64,000 bases of DNA from a virus. Lineage: Duplodnaviria > Heunggongvirae > Uroviricota > Caudoviricetes. The notes beneath the pieces are model-generated. The model did not search any database. It worked only from the letters and a program-made list of their open reading frames with translations, and was not told the DNA's origin. Below are positions 20,886-29,911 of this stretch, in pieces. The stretch lies in the IMG/VR virus record IMGVR_UViG_3300045016_000151, positions 82,078 to 146,077 of that record; one strand, 5' to 3'. How positions within the stretch are numbered: position 1 is the first letter of the stretch; each line of letters begins with the position of its first letter. Both the position numbers and the translations under genes were made by a program.

Positions 20886-21307
20886 TGAGCTATAACTTAC
20901 GCGATGTTAAGGGATCGAGTTTTGATCCTATTCCAGAAGGCCGTTATAACCTAACGGTGGATAAAGCAGAGTTAACAACTGCAAAAGATAGTGGTAATCC
21001 TATGATCAAAGCGACTTTGAAGATTCTCGATGGAGACTTTAAAGGTCGTTTAGTATGGGATAATTTTGTATTAACAGATAAATCCCTGTGGAAGTTAAAG
21101 GGAATTCTAGAAGCAATTGGTAGTAATATTGCTGAATCTGTAAATGCTACTGAACAAGATATAGCCAATGCATTACAAGGTGCAAAGGTGAATGCTTGGT
21201 TAGAAATTCGTATTGGTCCAAACGATCAAACATCAAATACAGTAAAAAACTACGCCAAAATAACCGAAGAAACGGTTGCAAGCAAAAAGAACAGTCTTTT
21301 AGCTTAA
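20885..21307 (+). CDS. DUF669-family ssDNA-binding-like protein
   Basis: FDPIPEGRY, S.NPMIK....I..G...GR.VWDN pattern, next to Sak4-like ATPase. Confidence 0.75.
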   Translation: MSYNLRDVKGSSFDPIPEGRYNLTVDKAELTTAKDSGNPMIKATLKILDGDFKGRLVWDNFVLTDKSLWKLKGILEAIGSNIAESVNATEQDIANALQGAKVNAWLEIRIGPNDQTSNTVKNYAKITEETVASKKNSLLA

Positions 21308-21317
21308 TAGCTTTATT

Positions 21318-21345
21318 GGCCTCGGTAAATATCGAGGCCTTCATG
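21318..21345 (+). terminator. possible intrinsic terminator
   Basis: GGCCTCG-8 nt-CGAGGCC hairpin, weak U tail. Confidence 0.4.
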
Positions 21346-21349
21346 TATT

Positions 21350-22072
21350 ATGGATAAATTCATACAAAGAGCTTTAACACGTTCACAAATAAATGAGATA
21401 CTACAATTTTTGTCGTATCATTTAGGGTATACGCCGCCGCAAAAGTTTACTATAATTTTTGCTAAGACTCCAGAACAATTCGCAAAGTTGCATGGAACAG
21501 AGCCGGGCCAAACGACGGTAGAGGAAATAAATTCAGCTGTACCTACGTTACCGGCAATATTTGATCATGGAACGAATACGGCGGTATTTCAAGGATTTTC
21601 TTACGTTCAAGGTCTTGCGGTACCGCATTTCATAATACCTATGGCCACAATCTTACATGAATGTATACACTTTTACCAGTATTCCGCCGGAAATTTTGGG
21701 TCGTGGCAAACAATGTACGAAGGAACCAGCGAAATATTGGCTTGCTTCTTTGCCGATGATTACCAGTTCGATTACAAGAACGAAGTCATATATAGCTTTA
21801 ACTTGGCAATGATCATCAACGATAATAATTTCTGGGAAGCAATGAACTGGATAAAACGCTACACTGTTCATAGTGATAAAAATGGATTCGTAGCACGTAG
21901 TATTTTACAGACACCCACATTTGCAAAATTTAGACCGACTAATTTGATGCGGTGGTTAGATGCTAATACGTTACATAAGATTAAAAACGAAGAGATACGA
22001 AATTTATTTACAAAGTACAATCTTTCGTATATTAAAAAACAATTACATAAGAATCGTCAACTAATTTCATGA
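21350..22072 (+). CDS. putative zinc metallopeptidase
   Basis: LHECIH (HExxH) followed by YEG..E. Confidence 0.5.
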   Translation: MDKFIQRALTRSQINEILQFLSYHLGYTPPQKFTIIFAKTPEQFAKLHGTEPGQTTVEEINSAVPTLPAIFDHGTNTAVFQGFSYVQGLAVPHFIIPMATILHECIHFYQYSAGNFGSWQTMYEGTSEILACFFADDYQFDYKNEVIYSFNLAMIINDNNFWEAMNWIKRYTVHSDKNGFVARSILQTPTFAKFRPTNLMRWLDANTLHKIKNEEIRNLFTKYNLSYIKKQLHKNRQLIS

Positions 22073-22078
22073 GGTAAT

Positions 22079-22315
22079 ATGAAGCTCACGATGCCATGCC
22101 CGGGCGGATGTAACGGTACAGGAAAAATAAAAGCATTACGAAGACGATGTGGTACATGTCACGCAGAGGGAGAGATCACTCTGACAAAATATCATAAAAT
22201 ACTAGGTAATTATACAGAACTTAGGAATGTATTAGCTTTTGAAGAATTCCTGGCTGATCAAAAACGAAAAAAGCATGAAATTTCAGTACAAGATAAACGG
22301 CAACCACAGGGGTAG
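22079..22315 (+). CDS. DnaJ-type zinc-finger small protein
   Basis: CPGGCNGTG and CGTCHAEG repeats. Confidence 0.55.
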   Translation: MKLTMPCPGGCNGTGKIKALRRRCGTCHAEGEITLTKYHKILGNYTELRNVLAFEEFLADQKRKKHEISVQDKRQPQG

Positions 22316-22934
22316 CCGTGATACAAAGGATAGTGCGATAAGAGCAGCCCGAAAAGCTGCTCTTTCCATTTCAGACAGAGGTATAATTCATGTAGAGGTA
22401 GTAGACGAAGCTTCTGAAAATGTCATACATAGAGACATGGTTTTAGATGAAAATATAAAATCATTAGAAACAGATGATTTAGCTTCGATCGGCATGATAG
22501 TACCTGGAACATACAAAATAAATAACGACATCAAACCAAAAGCTGCAGAAAAATTATTTAAGATTGGTGACTATACAAAGTTAAATAATGAACTGTATAA
22601 AATAATATCAGTATCGGAATCCTGCGCTCGCGCGCAACCGGTATTAAAGAAAAAAGTAAAAATAAAAGATAAACTTACAGATAAAGAACGAGAGTTCTCC
22701 ATAACTCGCCGTGCTGTATCATTAGCTCCTTCAGCAACAAATGTTTTAACTACGGAAGAAGTAGAAAAAGAATTAAAAAGAATAAAGGAATTAGAAAATG
22801 GAAATAGTAACACAAATAGTGGAGTCGATCGAAGCAATAGTAAACTCATTGCACAGCCAAAAGGAAAAAATTCTGGAACTGGTGGACACAGGAGTAAAAA
22901 TAGCAGAAAAAATAAAGTCCGAGGAAAAAGATGA
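22275..22934 (+). CDS. hypothetical protein
   Basis: Lys-rich ORF. Confidence 0.5.
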   Translation: MKFQYKINGNHRGSRDTKDSAIRAARKAALSISDRGIIHVEVVDEASENVIHRDMVLDENIKSLETDDLASIGMIVPGTYKINNDIKPKAAEKLFKIGDYTKLNNELYKIISVSESCARAQPVLKKKVKIKDKLTDKEREFSITRRAVSLAPSATNVLTTEEVEKELKRIKELENGNSNTNSGVDRSNSKLIAQPKGKNSGTGGHRSKNSRKNKVRGKR

Positions 22935-23110
22935 ACGACTTACTGATCCAAATTAAAGTTATAGAGGACGCCGCTGACTTTGTCACTAATCCTAATACAC
23001 AAAAGAAACTCTTGGATATATTATATAAAATATTCCAAGATAGAGGAATCGTAGTATCAATCGATGTCAATGAATCAACTAGAGAAGAGGATACAACAAG
23101 CCAATCTTAA
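22931..23110 (+). CDS. hypothetical protein (59 aa; not in track)
   Basis: ATGA-coupled, GAGG upstream, fills gap before recU. Confidence 0.4.
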   Translation: MNDLLIQIKVIEDAADFVTNPNTQKKLLDILYKIFQDRGIVVSIDVNESTREEDTTSQS

Positions 23111-23576
23111 GTACCGCAAAAATAAAGTTGCGGTAATCAATAAGGTTGAAGTTCCTATTCTCCTTACCAACCAAGGGCTCATACCAAAACAAAGTACAGT
23201 AGATTTCACAGGTATTTATAAAAGATCAATGAAAGAACATAATAAGTACTCTTCCATTGATTATGACGAAATCGTTGTAGGGCAAGGTATAGCCTTTGAT
23301 GCAAAAGAAACGTTAAGTAAAACTTCGTTTCCTCTAAATAATATTAAACAGCATCAATTAATATTTTTGGAGTATTTTGAAGACTGTGGAGGAACAGCCT
23401 TTTTTCTGATACATTTTAAGAAACTACATGTCGATCATGCGTTTGTCACGCCACTTGCTTTTGTCAAAAAATATTGGTATGATGAATCCTCACGCCGAAG
23501 CCTTCCTTATGCTGAATTCGACCAGAAATGGCTTACGGAAATCGATAATTATTTAAAGTATTTTAATGACATTTGA
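23070..23576 (+). CDS. recU: RecU Holliday junction resolvase
   Basis: STVDF.G, FDAKET, FPL.NIK.HQ motifs. Confidence 0.85.
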   Translation: MNQLEKRIQQANLKYRKNKVAVINKVEVPILLTNQGLIPKQSTVDFTGIYKRSMKEHNKYSSIDYDEIVVGQGIAFDAKETLSKTSFPLNNIKQHQLIFLEYFEDCGGTAFFLIHFKKLHVDHAFVTPLAFVKKYWYDESSRRSLPYAEFDQKWLTEIDNYLKYFNDI

Positions 23577-23850
23577 CACTTTTAACAATGAATGTTTAGG
23601 TATTGTTATACAAGATTGGCCACACATGTCTATTGGTATGTTTATGGCTATAGATGTAGAATGGGGAAAATTATCTCCGATTCCAACAACTAATCCACTA
23701 TCGAAAGAATGGGCCTGTGTTGATTCCGATCTTTATATACGCTTAGACAAAATAAAATTAATTAAACATATAAAATATGCAGAAAAACTCAAACAAGAAA
23801 CAAAAAGTATCTTCGACGATAACAGTCCCGGTAAAAGTGCTATCGGATAA
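23566..23850 (+). CDS. hypothetical protein
   Basis: ORF in operon. Confidence 0.5.
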   Translation: MTFDTFNNECLGIVIQDWPHMSIGMFMAIDVEWGKLSPIPTTNPLSKEWACVDSDLYIRLDKIKLIKHIKYAEKLKQETKSIFDDNSPGKSAIG

Positions 23851-24241
23851 AGCTATATTACCAACTAAAACACATGATACAGACGCATGCTACGATTTGT
23901 ATTCTGTAAAGCAAATCAGACTAGCTGCGAATGGCTTTGATGCCGTTCAGACTGGGATCGCGTTCAATATTCCAAAAGGATATTTTGGCAAAATATATGA
24001 ACGCAGTGGAGTATCGTTACAACGTCCTATAACAGTGAAAGCTGGGGTTATAGATGCTGGATACACCGGTGAAGTAAAGGTGATCGTACACAATCACGGT
24101 GATTATCCAGAAATGATCGATGCTGGTACAAAATTGGCGCAAATTGCGTTTCATGCGGTACCTGACATCGAATTAGTTAAGGTAGATGAATTTAAAATCA
24201 CCGCACGTGGTGATAAAGGATTTGGTAGCAGCGATCAATGA
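23777..24241 (+). CDS. dut: trimeric dUTPase
   Basis: DLYS, RSG, GVIDAGYTGE, RGDKGFGSS. Confidence 0.92.
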   Translation: MQKNSNKKQKVSSTITVPVKVLSDKAILPTKTHDTDACYDLYSVKQIRLAANGFDAVQTGIAFNIPKGYFGKIYERSGVSLQRPITVKAGVIDAGYTGEVKVIVHNHGDYPEMIDAGTKLAQIAFHAVPDIELVKVDEFKITARGDKGFGSSDQ

Positions 24242-26361
24242 ATTATTTAGAGGAATTATCCAATTTTATTTTTACGAGCAAATATGCTCGTTACAATGAA
24301 AAAGCTGGTCGTAGAGAGTCTTGGGAAGAGGCTATAAAACGACTTGAATCCATGCACAAAAAACACTATTCATTTCTATCTGATGAAGATAAAAAAGAAA
24401 TCGAATGGGCTTTTGACCTTGTGCGTGTAAAACGTGTAGTACCGTCAATGAGATCAATACAATTTGGTGGCAAAGCGATTGAAGCACATCAATCACGTAT
24501 TTTCAATTGTGCTTGTCGCCATGTTGATTCTCTTCGTGCGTTTTCGGAGATATTTTATTTGTTATTATGTGGTAATGGCGTAGGAATTGGTTTATCAAAT
24601 ATGTTTCTTAGCCGATTACCTAATTTAGTAACTGAAAAAGACAAAACAGGCACAATCATTACTTACGCAGTAGAAGATACCATCGAAGGATGGGCCGACA
24701 GTTTAGAAGCGTTGTTGAACTGTTATTTTAAAAATACTGCATACACAGGTAGAAAGATTGTGTTTGATTACAGTAAAATACGTTCTGCCGGCACTCCGTT
24801 AAAAACGGGTGGTGGCCGTGCTCCCGGATATAGAGGTCTAAAGAATGCTCATAAAAAAATAAAACTTTTATTAGACCATATTATCGAGGATTTGCATCAA
24901 TTAAATTTAAAATCTATCAATGCATATGATATATTAATGCATGTAGCCGACGCAGTAATAAGTGGAGGTATTCGTCGAAGTGCTACGTTAGTATTATTCG
25001 ATAAAAACGATATTGATATGATAAATGCAAAAGCATTCTTTACTGTACATAAAAAAGGTCGTTTTGAGCTAAACGCGAAAACAAATAAACACGAAGGTTA
25101 TGTAATACTAGAAGATCCTGCATACCCAGGCAAACAAAAAATCGAGGTAGAACTAGATGACTGGGCTTTATCTGATTTGCAACAGAATCAACGTATAAGT
25201 TGGTTTGATGTTTATAAACATAGAGCAAGAAGTAATAATAGTGTTTTGTTACTTCGAGACCAGTTAACTTCAGAAGAGTTTAAAGAAATATTCGAACGAA
25301 CAAAAAATTTCGGTGAACCCGGGTTTATATTTGGTAACCATCCATGGATGAGTACTAATCCATGTGCAGAGATCGGCTTTATTCCGGTAACTGATGATGG
25401 TGTTTGTGGCGTACAATTTTGTAATTTAACTTCCATTAATGGTGCAGAAATACATACACTAGATGATTATTTAACTTGTGTAAAAGCTGCCACAATCATT
25501 GGGACACTACAGGCCGGCTACACATATTTTCCTTATTTATCACCGGCCGCAAAAAAACTAACTGAAGATGAAGCATTGCTGGGTGTATCAATGACCGGTA
25601 TGATGGATAATCCTCAAATATTATTGAATCCTGCGTATCAAAAACAAGCTGCGCAATTAGCAGTTGCAACAAATAAAGTGTGGGCAGAGAAACTTTATAT
25701 AAAACAAGCTGCCCGCGTGACGTGTATAAAACCAGAAGGAACCGCAAGTTTAGTATTGGGAAGTGCGTCTGGTATACATGCACATCATGCAAAAAAATAT
25801 TTTCGACGGGTGCAAGTAAATAAACTTGATCCGGTATATATGCACTTCAAAATCGCAAATCCGCACATGAGCGAAGAGTCGGTTTGGAGCGCAAATAAAA
25901 CAGACGATGTAATCACCTTTCCTATAGAGGTTCCGGAAGGGGCGATAGTAAAAAAAGATCTAGATGCCATAGCGCATTTAGACCTCATTAAATCAACACA
26001 ACAAAACTGGGTATTACCAGGAACCAGTGTTGCTAATAGAAAAAATGTTACGCATAACGTATCATGTACAGTCATAGTAAAAGCTGATGAATGGGACAAG
26101 GTGCGTGAGTATTTATTTAATAACAAAAATAATTTCGCCGCTGTAGCATTGTTGGCACAAACAGGTGATAAAGATTTCAAACAACCGCCACTTGAAGCTG
26201 TGATAACAGAGCAAGATAAACAATTGTGGGATACTATTATAACTTCGTTCAAATCTGTAAATTACAAGACACTAAAAGAAGAAGAGGATAGTACTACATT
26301 ACAGCAAGAATTAGTATGCGCAGGCGGACAATGTGAATTACCAATTTTAAGTAACGGATGA
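24238..26361 (+). CDS. nrdJ: class II (B12-dependent) ribonucleotide reductase
   Basis: TNPCAEI, FCNL, KPEGT..L, C-terminal CAGGQC; monomeric type. Confidence 0.9.
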   Translation: MNYLEELSNFIFTSKYARYNEKAGRRESWEEAIKRLESMHKKHYSFLSDEDKKEIEWAFDLVRVKRVVPSMRSIQFGGKAIEAHQSRIFNCACRHVDSLRAFSEIFYLLLCGNGVGIGLSNMFLSRLPNLVTEKDKTGTIITYAVEDTIEGWADSLEALLNCYFKNTAYTGRKIVFDYSKIRSAGTPLKTGGGRAPGYRGLKNAHKKIKLLLDHIIEDLHQLNLKSINAYDILMHVADAVISGGIRRSATLVLFDKNDIDMINAKAFFTVHKKGRFELNAKTNKHEGYVILEDPAYPGKQKIEVELDDWALSDLQQNQRISWFDVYKHRARSNNSVLLLRDQLTSEEFKEIFERTKNFGEPGFIFGNHPWMSTNPCAEIGFIPVTDDGVCGVQFCNLTSINGAEIHTLDDYLTCVKAATIIGTLQAGYTYFPYLSPAAKKLTEDEALLGVSMTGMMDNPQILLNPAYQKQAAQLAVATNKVWAEKLYIKQAARVTCIKPEGTASLVLGSASGIHAHHAKKYFRRVQVNKLDPVYMHFKIANPHMSEESVWSANKTDDVITFPIEVPEGAIVKKDLDAIAHLDLIKSTQQNWVLPGTSVANRKNVTHNVSCTVIVKADEWDKVREYLFNNKNNFAAVALLAQTGDKDFKQPPLEAVITEQDKQLWDTIITSFKSVNYKTLKEEEDSTTLQQELVCAGGQCELPILSNG

Positions 26362-26364
26362 TTA

Positions 26365-26637
26365 GTGAGATATGAATGTGTACGGGATGATATTCCTGTA
26401 AAATGGCATGAATTGGATTTACTACCCGGATTAAATAACGAGTGGATACTAATTCAGTCAAACGGTATCGTAGATCCTTCTAAAACAGAATTAATTAGGA
26501 ACCAACCGGCTGCCGAGTTTCGTGGAACCTTTGAACAAGCTAATATAGAATTAGAAAAACGTATAAAAACGCTTGAGCAGCTAGGTTACGTTAAAGTCGA
26601 AAAAAAGACGGATGATACAGAATTATTACAACCTTAA
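26365..26637 (+). CDS. hypothetical protein
   Basis: ORF in operon. Confidence 0.5.
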   Translation: MRYECVRDDIPVKWHELDLLPGLNNEWILIQSNGIVDPSKTELIRNQPAAEFRGTFEQANIELEKRIKTLEQLGYVKVEKKTDDTELLQP

Positions 26638-26953
26638 AATAGGTTGTCCATTAAAAAAAGTAACAATTGAAAACCTAGAAATACGCCGCCCTATGGGGCG
26701 AAATAAGTTATATCTTAAAGTAACTGATGGGCAGCGCTCATTCACTGTAAACGAAATATGGTGTAAAGATGATAACAAACCTACACAAGGCTTATGGATG
26801 GATTTTGACCAAGACGGTCAAATTTTTGCTACAAGCGACTTGGCTCGATTACTTGCTTCTTTGGATATTAGTTCAATTGGCGAATTAATCGGCAAAGTTA
26901 TAACAGTGAAACCAAAAAATAATGGATTTCTTTGTGTAAAAATAGGTGCCTGA
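26612..26953 (+). CDS. hypothetical protein
   Basis: ORF in operon. Confidence 0.55.
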   Translation: MIQNYYNLKIGCPLKKVTIENLEIRRPMGRNKLYLKVTDGQRSFTVNEIWCKDDNKPTQGLWMDFDQDGQIFATSDLARLLASLDISSIGELIGKVITVKPKNNGFLCVKIGA

Positions 26954-26974
26954 CAACAGGCACCACCAAAAAAA

Positions 26975-27256
26975 ATGACTATACAAAAAGCTATTACGTT
27001 GATTCCCGATGAAGAGTTGAGAAAAATGTTTTATACCTTTCTTGACAAACATAAACTTCTTGATCATGAAGTAATTACTTGTTACCAAAACATGGGCGGG
27101 ATTATATATATTGAACCATTTACTGCAATCGTTAAAAATAATCGTACAACACTTTCGCCTGTTCCATCATATCATGTATCCGGAGGATACCATGGGCCGA
27201 ATCAGGAGTTAATGTGTTTATATGGTTTGATGTCGATTTTGCTTGACACTAAATAA
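26975..27256 (+). CDS. hypothetical protein
   Basis: ORF after hairpin at 26945-26964. Confidence 0.5.
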   Translation: MTIQKAITLIPDEELRKMFYTFLDKHKLLDHEVITCYQNMGGIIYIEPFTAIVKNNRTTLSPVPSYHVSGGYHGPNQELMCLYGLMSILLDTK

Positions 27257-27271
27257 AAAATTACGTATATT
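27243..27271 (+). promoter_or_regulatory. sigma70-type promoter at start of RNA island
   Basis: TTGACA-17 nt-TATATT; ATG of 44-aa ORF at 27277. Confidence 0.65.
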
Positions 27272-27414
27272 AATACATGCAATTCTTCGAACAAAAATAT
27301 CGCACATTTATTGTAGGACTTGATAACCCATCTGTCATGCCCTGTGGGTGGTATTTATGTTCACCATCCAGACCCCATCTATGGGGCGTACTGACAAGGT
27401 CCGTGAACTAAACC

Positions 27415-27487
27415 GCCGCTATCATCTAGTGGCCCAGGATATAAGATTCTCAATCTTAATACACGAGTTCGAATCTCGTTAGCGGTA
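27415..27487 (+). tRNA. tRNA-Glu(CTC)
   Basis: Full cloverleaf. Confidence 0.85.
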
Positions 27488-27492
27488 CAAAA

Positions 27493-27759
27493 ATTACAAG
27501 AGAACCCGTTACACCACGGTGAGGAACTTCAGCTCATACAAAGAAGCGAGTGGGAGAAGAATGTGACCAAGATATACTGAGGAAGTTTGTGGCTATCTTT
27601 CCGAACGTAATTCAAAGCCATCACATTATTCGTTCGCACCACCAGCAAGTATGCAACTCAAACAGACCCAGGACGGCACGCTTCTTGTCTAATAACGGTC
27701 GGGTAGAGGCCAATAGAGAAATGACGGGATAAAACAAAAAGCTGGGTAAGCTCGGTAAT
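27493..27759 (+). ncRNA. rnpB: compact RNase P RNA candidate
   Basis: GAGGAACTTCAGCT (27521-34) pairs AGCTGGGT (27740-47) as P4 with bulged U; P2 CCCGTTA/TGACGGG; AGAGAAAT and AACAAAAA in CR-IV/V positions; P15 loop with GGGTAG. Confidence 0.75.
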
Positions 27760-27763
27760 AAAT

Positions 27764-27836
27764 GGCGCTATCGTCTAGTTGGTTAGGACACGACTCTTTC
27801 AAGGTCAAAAGGCCGGTTCAATCCCGGCTAGCGCTA
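27764..27836 (+). tRNA. tRNA-Glu(TTC)
   Basis: Full cloverleaf. Confidence 0.85.
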
Positions 27837-27839
27837 CTA

Positions 27840-28055
27840 ATGAAACAGAAAGAACCGAATTTCATAGCTCCGAAGTTTAAATGTACTTGCGGACAAAAAT
27901 TAAAAGCAACAGACCCCGAAGCATTCTTTAATACTGCATATACATATATTTATAAATGTCCGGTTTGTGGAATAAAGTGGATAGTAACCTGCGAAGAATC
28001 TGGAAATGATTATGAAAATGGTATTAATCTTTTGACAGGTGTTATAGAAGAATAA
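27840..28055 (+). CDS. zinc-ribbon small protein
   Basis: CTCG and CPVCG; ATG 3 nt after tRNA. Confidence 0.6.
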   Translation: MKQKEPNFIAPKFKCTCGQKLKATDPEAFFNTAYTYIYKCPVCGIKWIVTCEESGNDYENGINLLTGVIEE

Positions 28056-28060
28056 TATTA

Positions 28061-28357
28061 ATGTATTTACAAGATGAAGAACTTCAAAAATGGATTTCAC
28101 AAAAAACAGGGCTTGCTTTTGACTCAATAAGTGAAATCGATTTATTACAAATTATACATAAAAAACATTGGAATTGCTATGTAAGTACGATAGGATATGC
28201 CAGCGAGGCGCGGGTTGATGTTGCACATCTTTATTCTTTATTAATGGATCCTAGACAATATTATTATCGTATTTTAACCTGTACGGGCGTACAAATTTGT
28301 CATTATAATAAATTATTTCCATGTTTGGTACATGGTGCAATTGGGGCGTTAGTGTAA
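28061..28357 (+). CDS. hypothetical protein; stop inside tRNA-Asp
   Basis: ORF. Confidence 0.5.
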   Translation: MYLQDEELQKWISQKTGLAFDSISEIDLLQIIHKKHWNCYVSTIGYASEARVDVAHLYSLLMDPRQYYYRILTCTGVQICHYNKLFPCLVHGAIGALV

Positions 28358-28416
28358 TTGGTTAACACGCCTGCCTGTCACGCAGAAGAGTACGGATTCG
28401 AGTTCCGTACGCCCCG
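28343..28416 (+). tRNA. tRNA-Asp(GTC)
   Basis: Full cloverleaf. Confidence 0.9.
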
Positions 28417-28417
28417 C

Positions 28418-28651
28418 ATGAAACACAACAGAGACAAAGATGAATTAAAGGTTTTAAAACGTAAAAGAGTTTGGGATAGATTTAAGTGGTGGTATAATAA
28501 TCAAACGAATAGGTTGTTTAAAAATCATTGGTTGAAAGATAGTTGTAGTATGTGTAAATATGAACAAGCTATCAAATATCGCGAACATACTATACAACGC
28601 AGAAAAGATAAAAAAGTCATTAATGAACAATTAAATGACATGGAGACATAG
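28418..28651 (+). CDS. basic hypothetical protein; stop inside tRNA-Phe
   Basis: ATG 1 nt after tRNA-Asp. Confidence 0.5.
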   Translation: MKHNRDKDELKVLKRKRVWDRFKWWYNNQTNRLFKNHWLKDSCSMCKYEQAIKYREHTIQRRKDKKVINEQLNDMET

Positions 28652-28715
28652 CTCAGTCGGTAGAGCTCTAGGCTGAAGACCTGGGTATGCACTGGTTCGA
28701 TTCCGGTTGTCTCCA
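28642..28715 (+). tRNA. tRNA-Phe(GAA)
   Basis: Full cloverleaf. Confidence 0.9.
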
Positions 28716-28722
28716 CAATAAA

Positions 28723-28797
28723 CGACGCGTAGCTAAATTGGTGACGGCAGCCGCCTTATACACGGAAGATATGTGGGTTCAAGTCCTACCGCGTCGA
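28723..28797 (+). tRNA. tRNA-Ile(TAT)
   Basis: Cloverleaf; anticodon stem with two mismatches. Confidence 0.7.
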
Positions 28798-28815
28798 CTA
28801 AAAAATACAATAAAT

Positions 28816-28887
28816 TCAGCAGTAACTCAACGGTAGAGTGCCTGGCTGTTAACCAGGATGTTGAAGGTTCGAGCCCTTCCTGCTGAG
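28816..28887 (+). tRNA. tRNA-Asn(GTT)
   Basis: Full cloverleaf. Confidence 0.9.
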
Positions 28888-28890
28888 CTA

Positions 28891-29022
28891 GCGGGTCGAT
28901 AGATGTTAGTTATCGGTTAAAGCATATATCTCAAAAATATAACACTCTAGGTTCAAGTCCTAGCGCGTATGAAAATACGTAGTAGCTAAATTAAAAACAC
29001 TGACGTCGCTTAAATTACCCGC
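28891..29022 (+). ncRNA. YrlA-type Y RNA candidate 1
   Basis: Terminal helix GCGGGT(C)GAT/ATTACCCGC with bulged C; T arm, then closed acceptor-like hairpin (GAAA loop), then degenerate D loop. Confidence 0.6.
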
Positions 29023-29027
29023 GATAT

Positions 29028-29110
29028 GTATCTGTTGAGCAACTGGCTGGCTCGCCTGACTGTAGATCAGGTCCCCTTTGGGCGTGGGGGTTCGAATCCC
29101 TCCAGATACA
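29028..29110 (+). tRNA. tRNA-Tyr(GTA)
   Basis: Class II cloverleaf. Confidence 0.9.
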
Positions 29111-29112
29111 CT

Positions 29113-29187
29113 GTGGCCGTAGGACAATTGGCTTAGTCCGACAGGTTGTGGCCCTGTACGTTATGGGTTCGAATCCCATCGGTCACC
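29113..29187 (+). tRNA. tRNA-His(GTG), no encoded G-1
   Basis: Cloverleaf, C73; base -1 is T. Confidence 0.9.
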
Positions 29188-29244
29188 TACATTCCCCTTG
29201 TGTCCCTGAAGAAATTCAAACCTTGGGTAGAAAGGAAAAACATC

Positions 29245-29911
29245 ATGAGTAACATTTTATTGGAATTACAAGCTGGCGAGGGTGGAGCGGATGCAAAACT
29301 CCTCGTCGAGGATCAATTAAGTATTTATTTAAAAGTCGCGTATAAACACGGACTTTGAGGCAATTCCAATATATGTTAGTGATGGGTTTGCTTCAGTTCA
29401 GGTTATCGGACAAAGAGCAAAGGAATTATTTGAAAACGAGGGTGGTGCGCACCAATGGCACAGAGTTCCTCCTACAGAAAACCGAGGACGAACACATACC
29501 TCTGTTGTAACAGTTGCAGTGTTGGATCTTATAGAACTTCCCGAGGTCAGTATAAATTTTAATGACGTTGAAGTTACAACCACTAAAGGAAGCGGTCCTG
29601 GAGGACAGAATCGTAATAAAGTTGAAACAGTTGTTGTATTAAAACATAAATCAGGGTTAACTGTTCGTTGCGGTTCCGAAAGATCCCAGTACCAAAACAA
29701 ACAACTTGCTTTTGAAATATTATATTCTAAGTTACAACGTATCGCTAAATATAATCATCAAAAACAAGCGGCCCAAAATAAACGATTGCAGATGGGGTCG
29801 GGACATCGAGCAGAAAAAATTCGTACTTATATGGTAAAACATAATTTATGGATTGACCATAGAACAAACGAGCGACGCGATCTGAAAGCGTGGATAAAGG
29901 GTAAATGGTAA
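29245..29911 (+). CDS. truncated class I release factor homologue (GGQ, PxT) with +1 frameshift at CTT-TGA
   Basis: LELQAGEGG; +1 frame continues EGGAHQWHRVPPTENRGRTHTS, GPGGQNRNK, SERSQYQNK, EKIRTY; about 221 aa. Confidence 0.85.

Noticed and set aside
27550-27732. 60-aa ORF in the track
   Set aside because: GTG start with no SD, lies entirely within the RNase P RNA candidate
28900-28970. Ordinary tRNA-Leu(CAA) (TATAT-CTCAAAA-ATATA plus T arm)
   Set aside because: No good acceptor pairing in standard order; the segment after the T arm forms its own hairpin and the element fits Y RNA topology better
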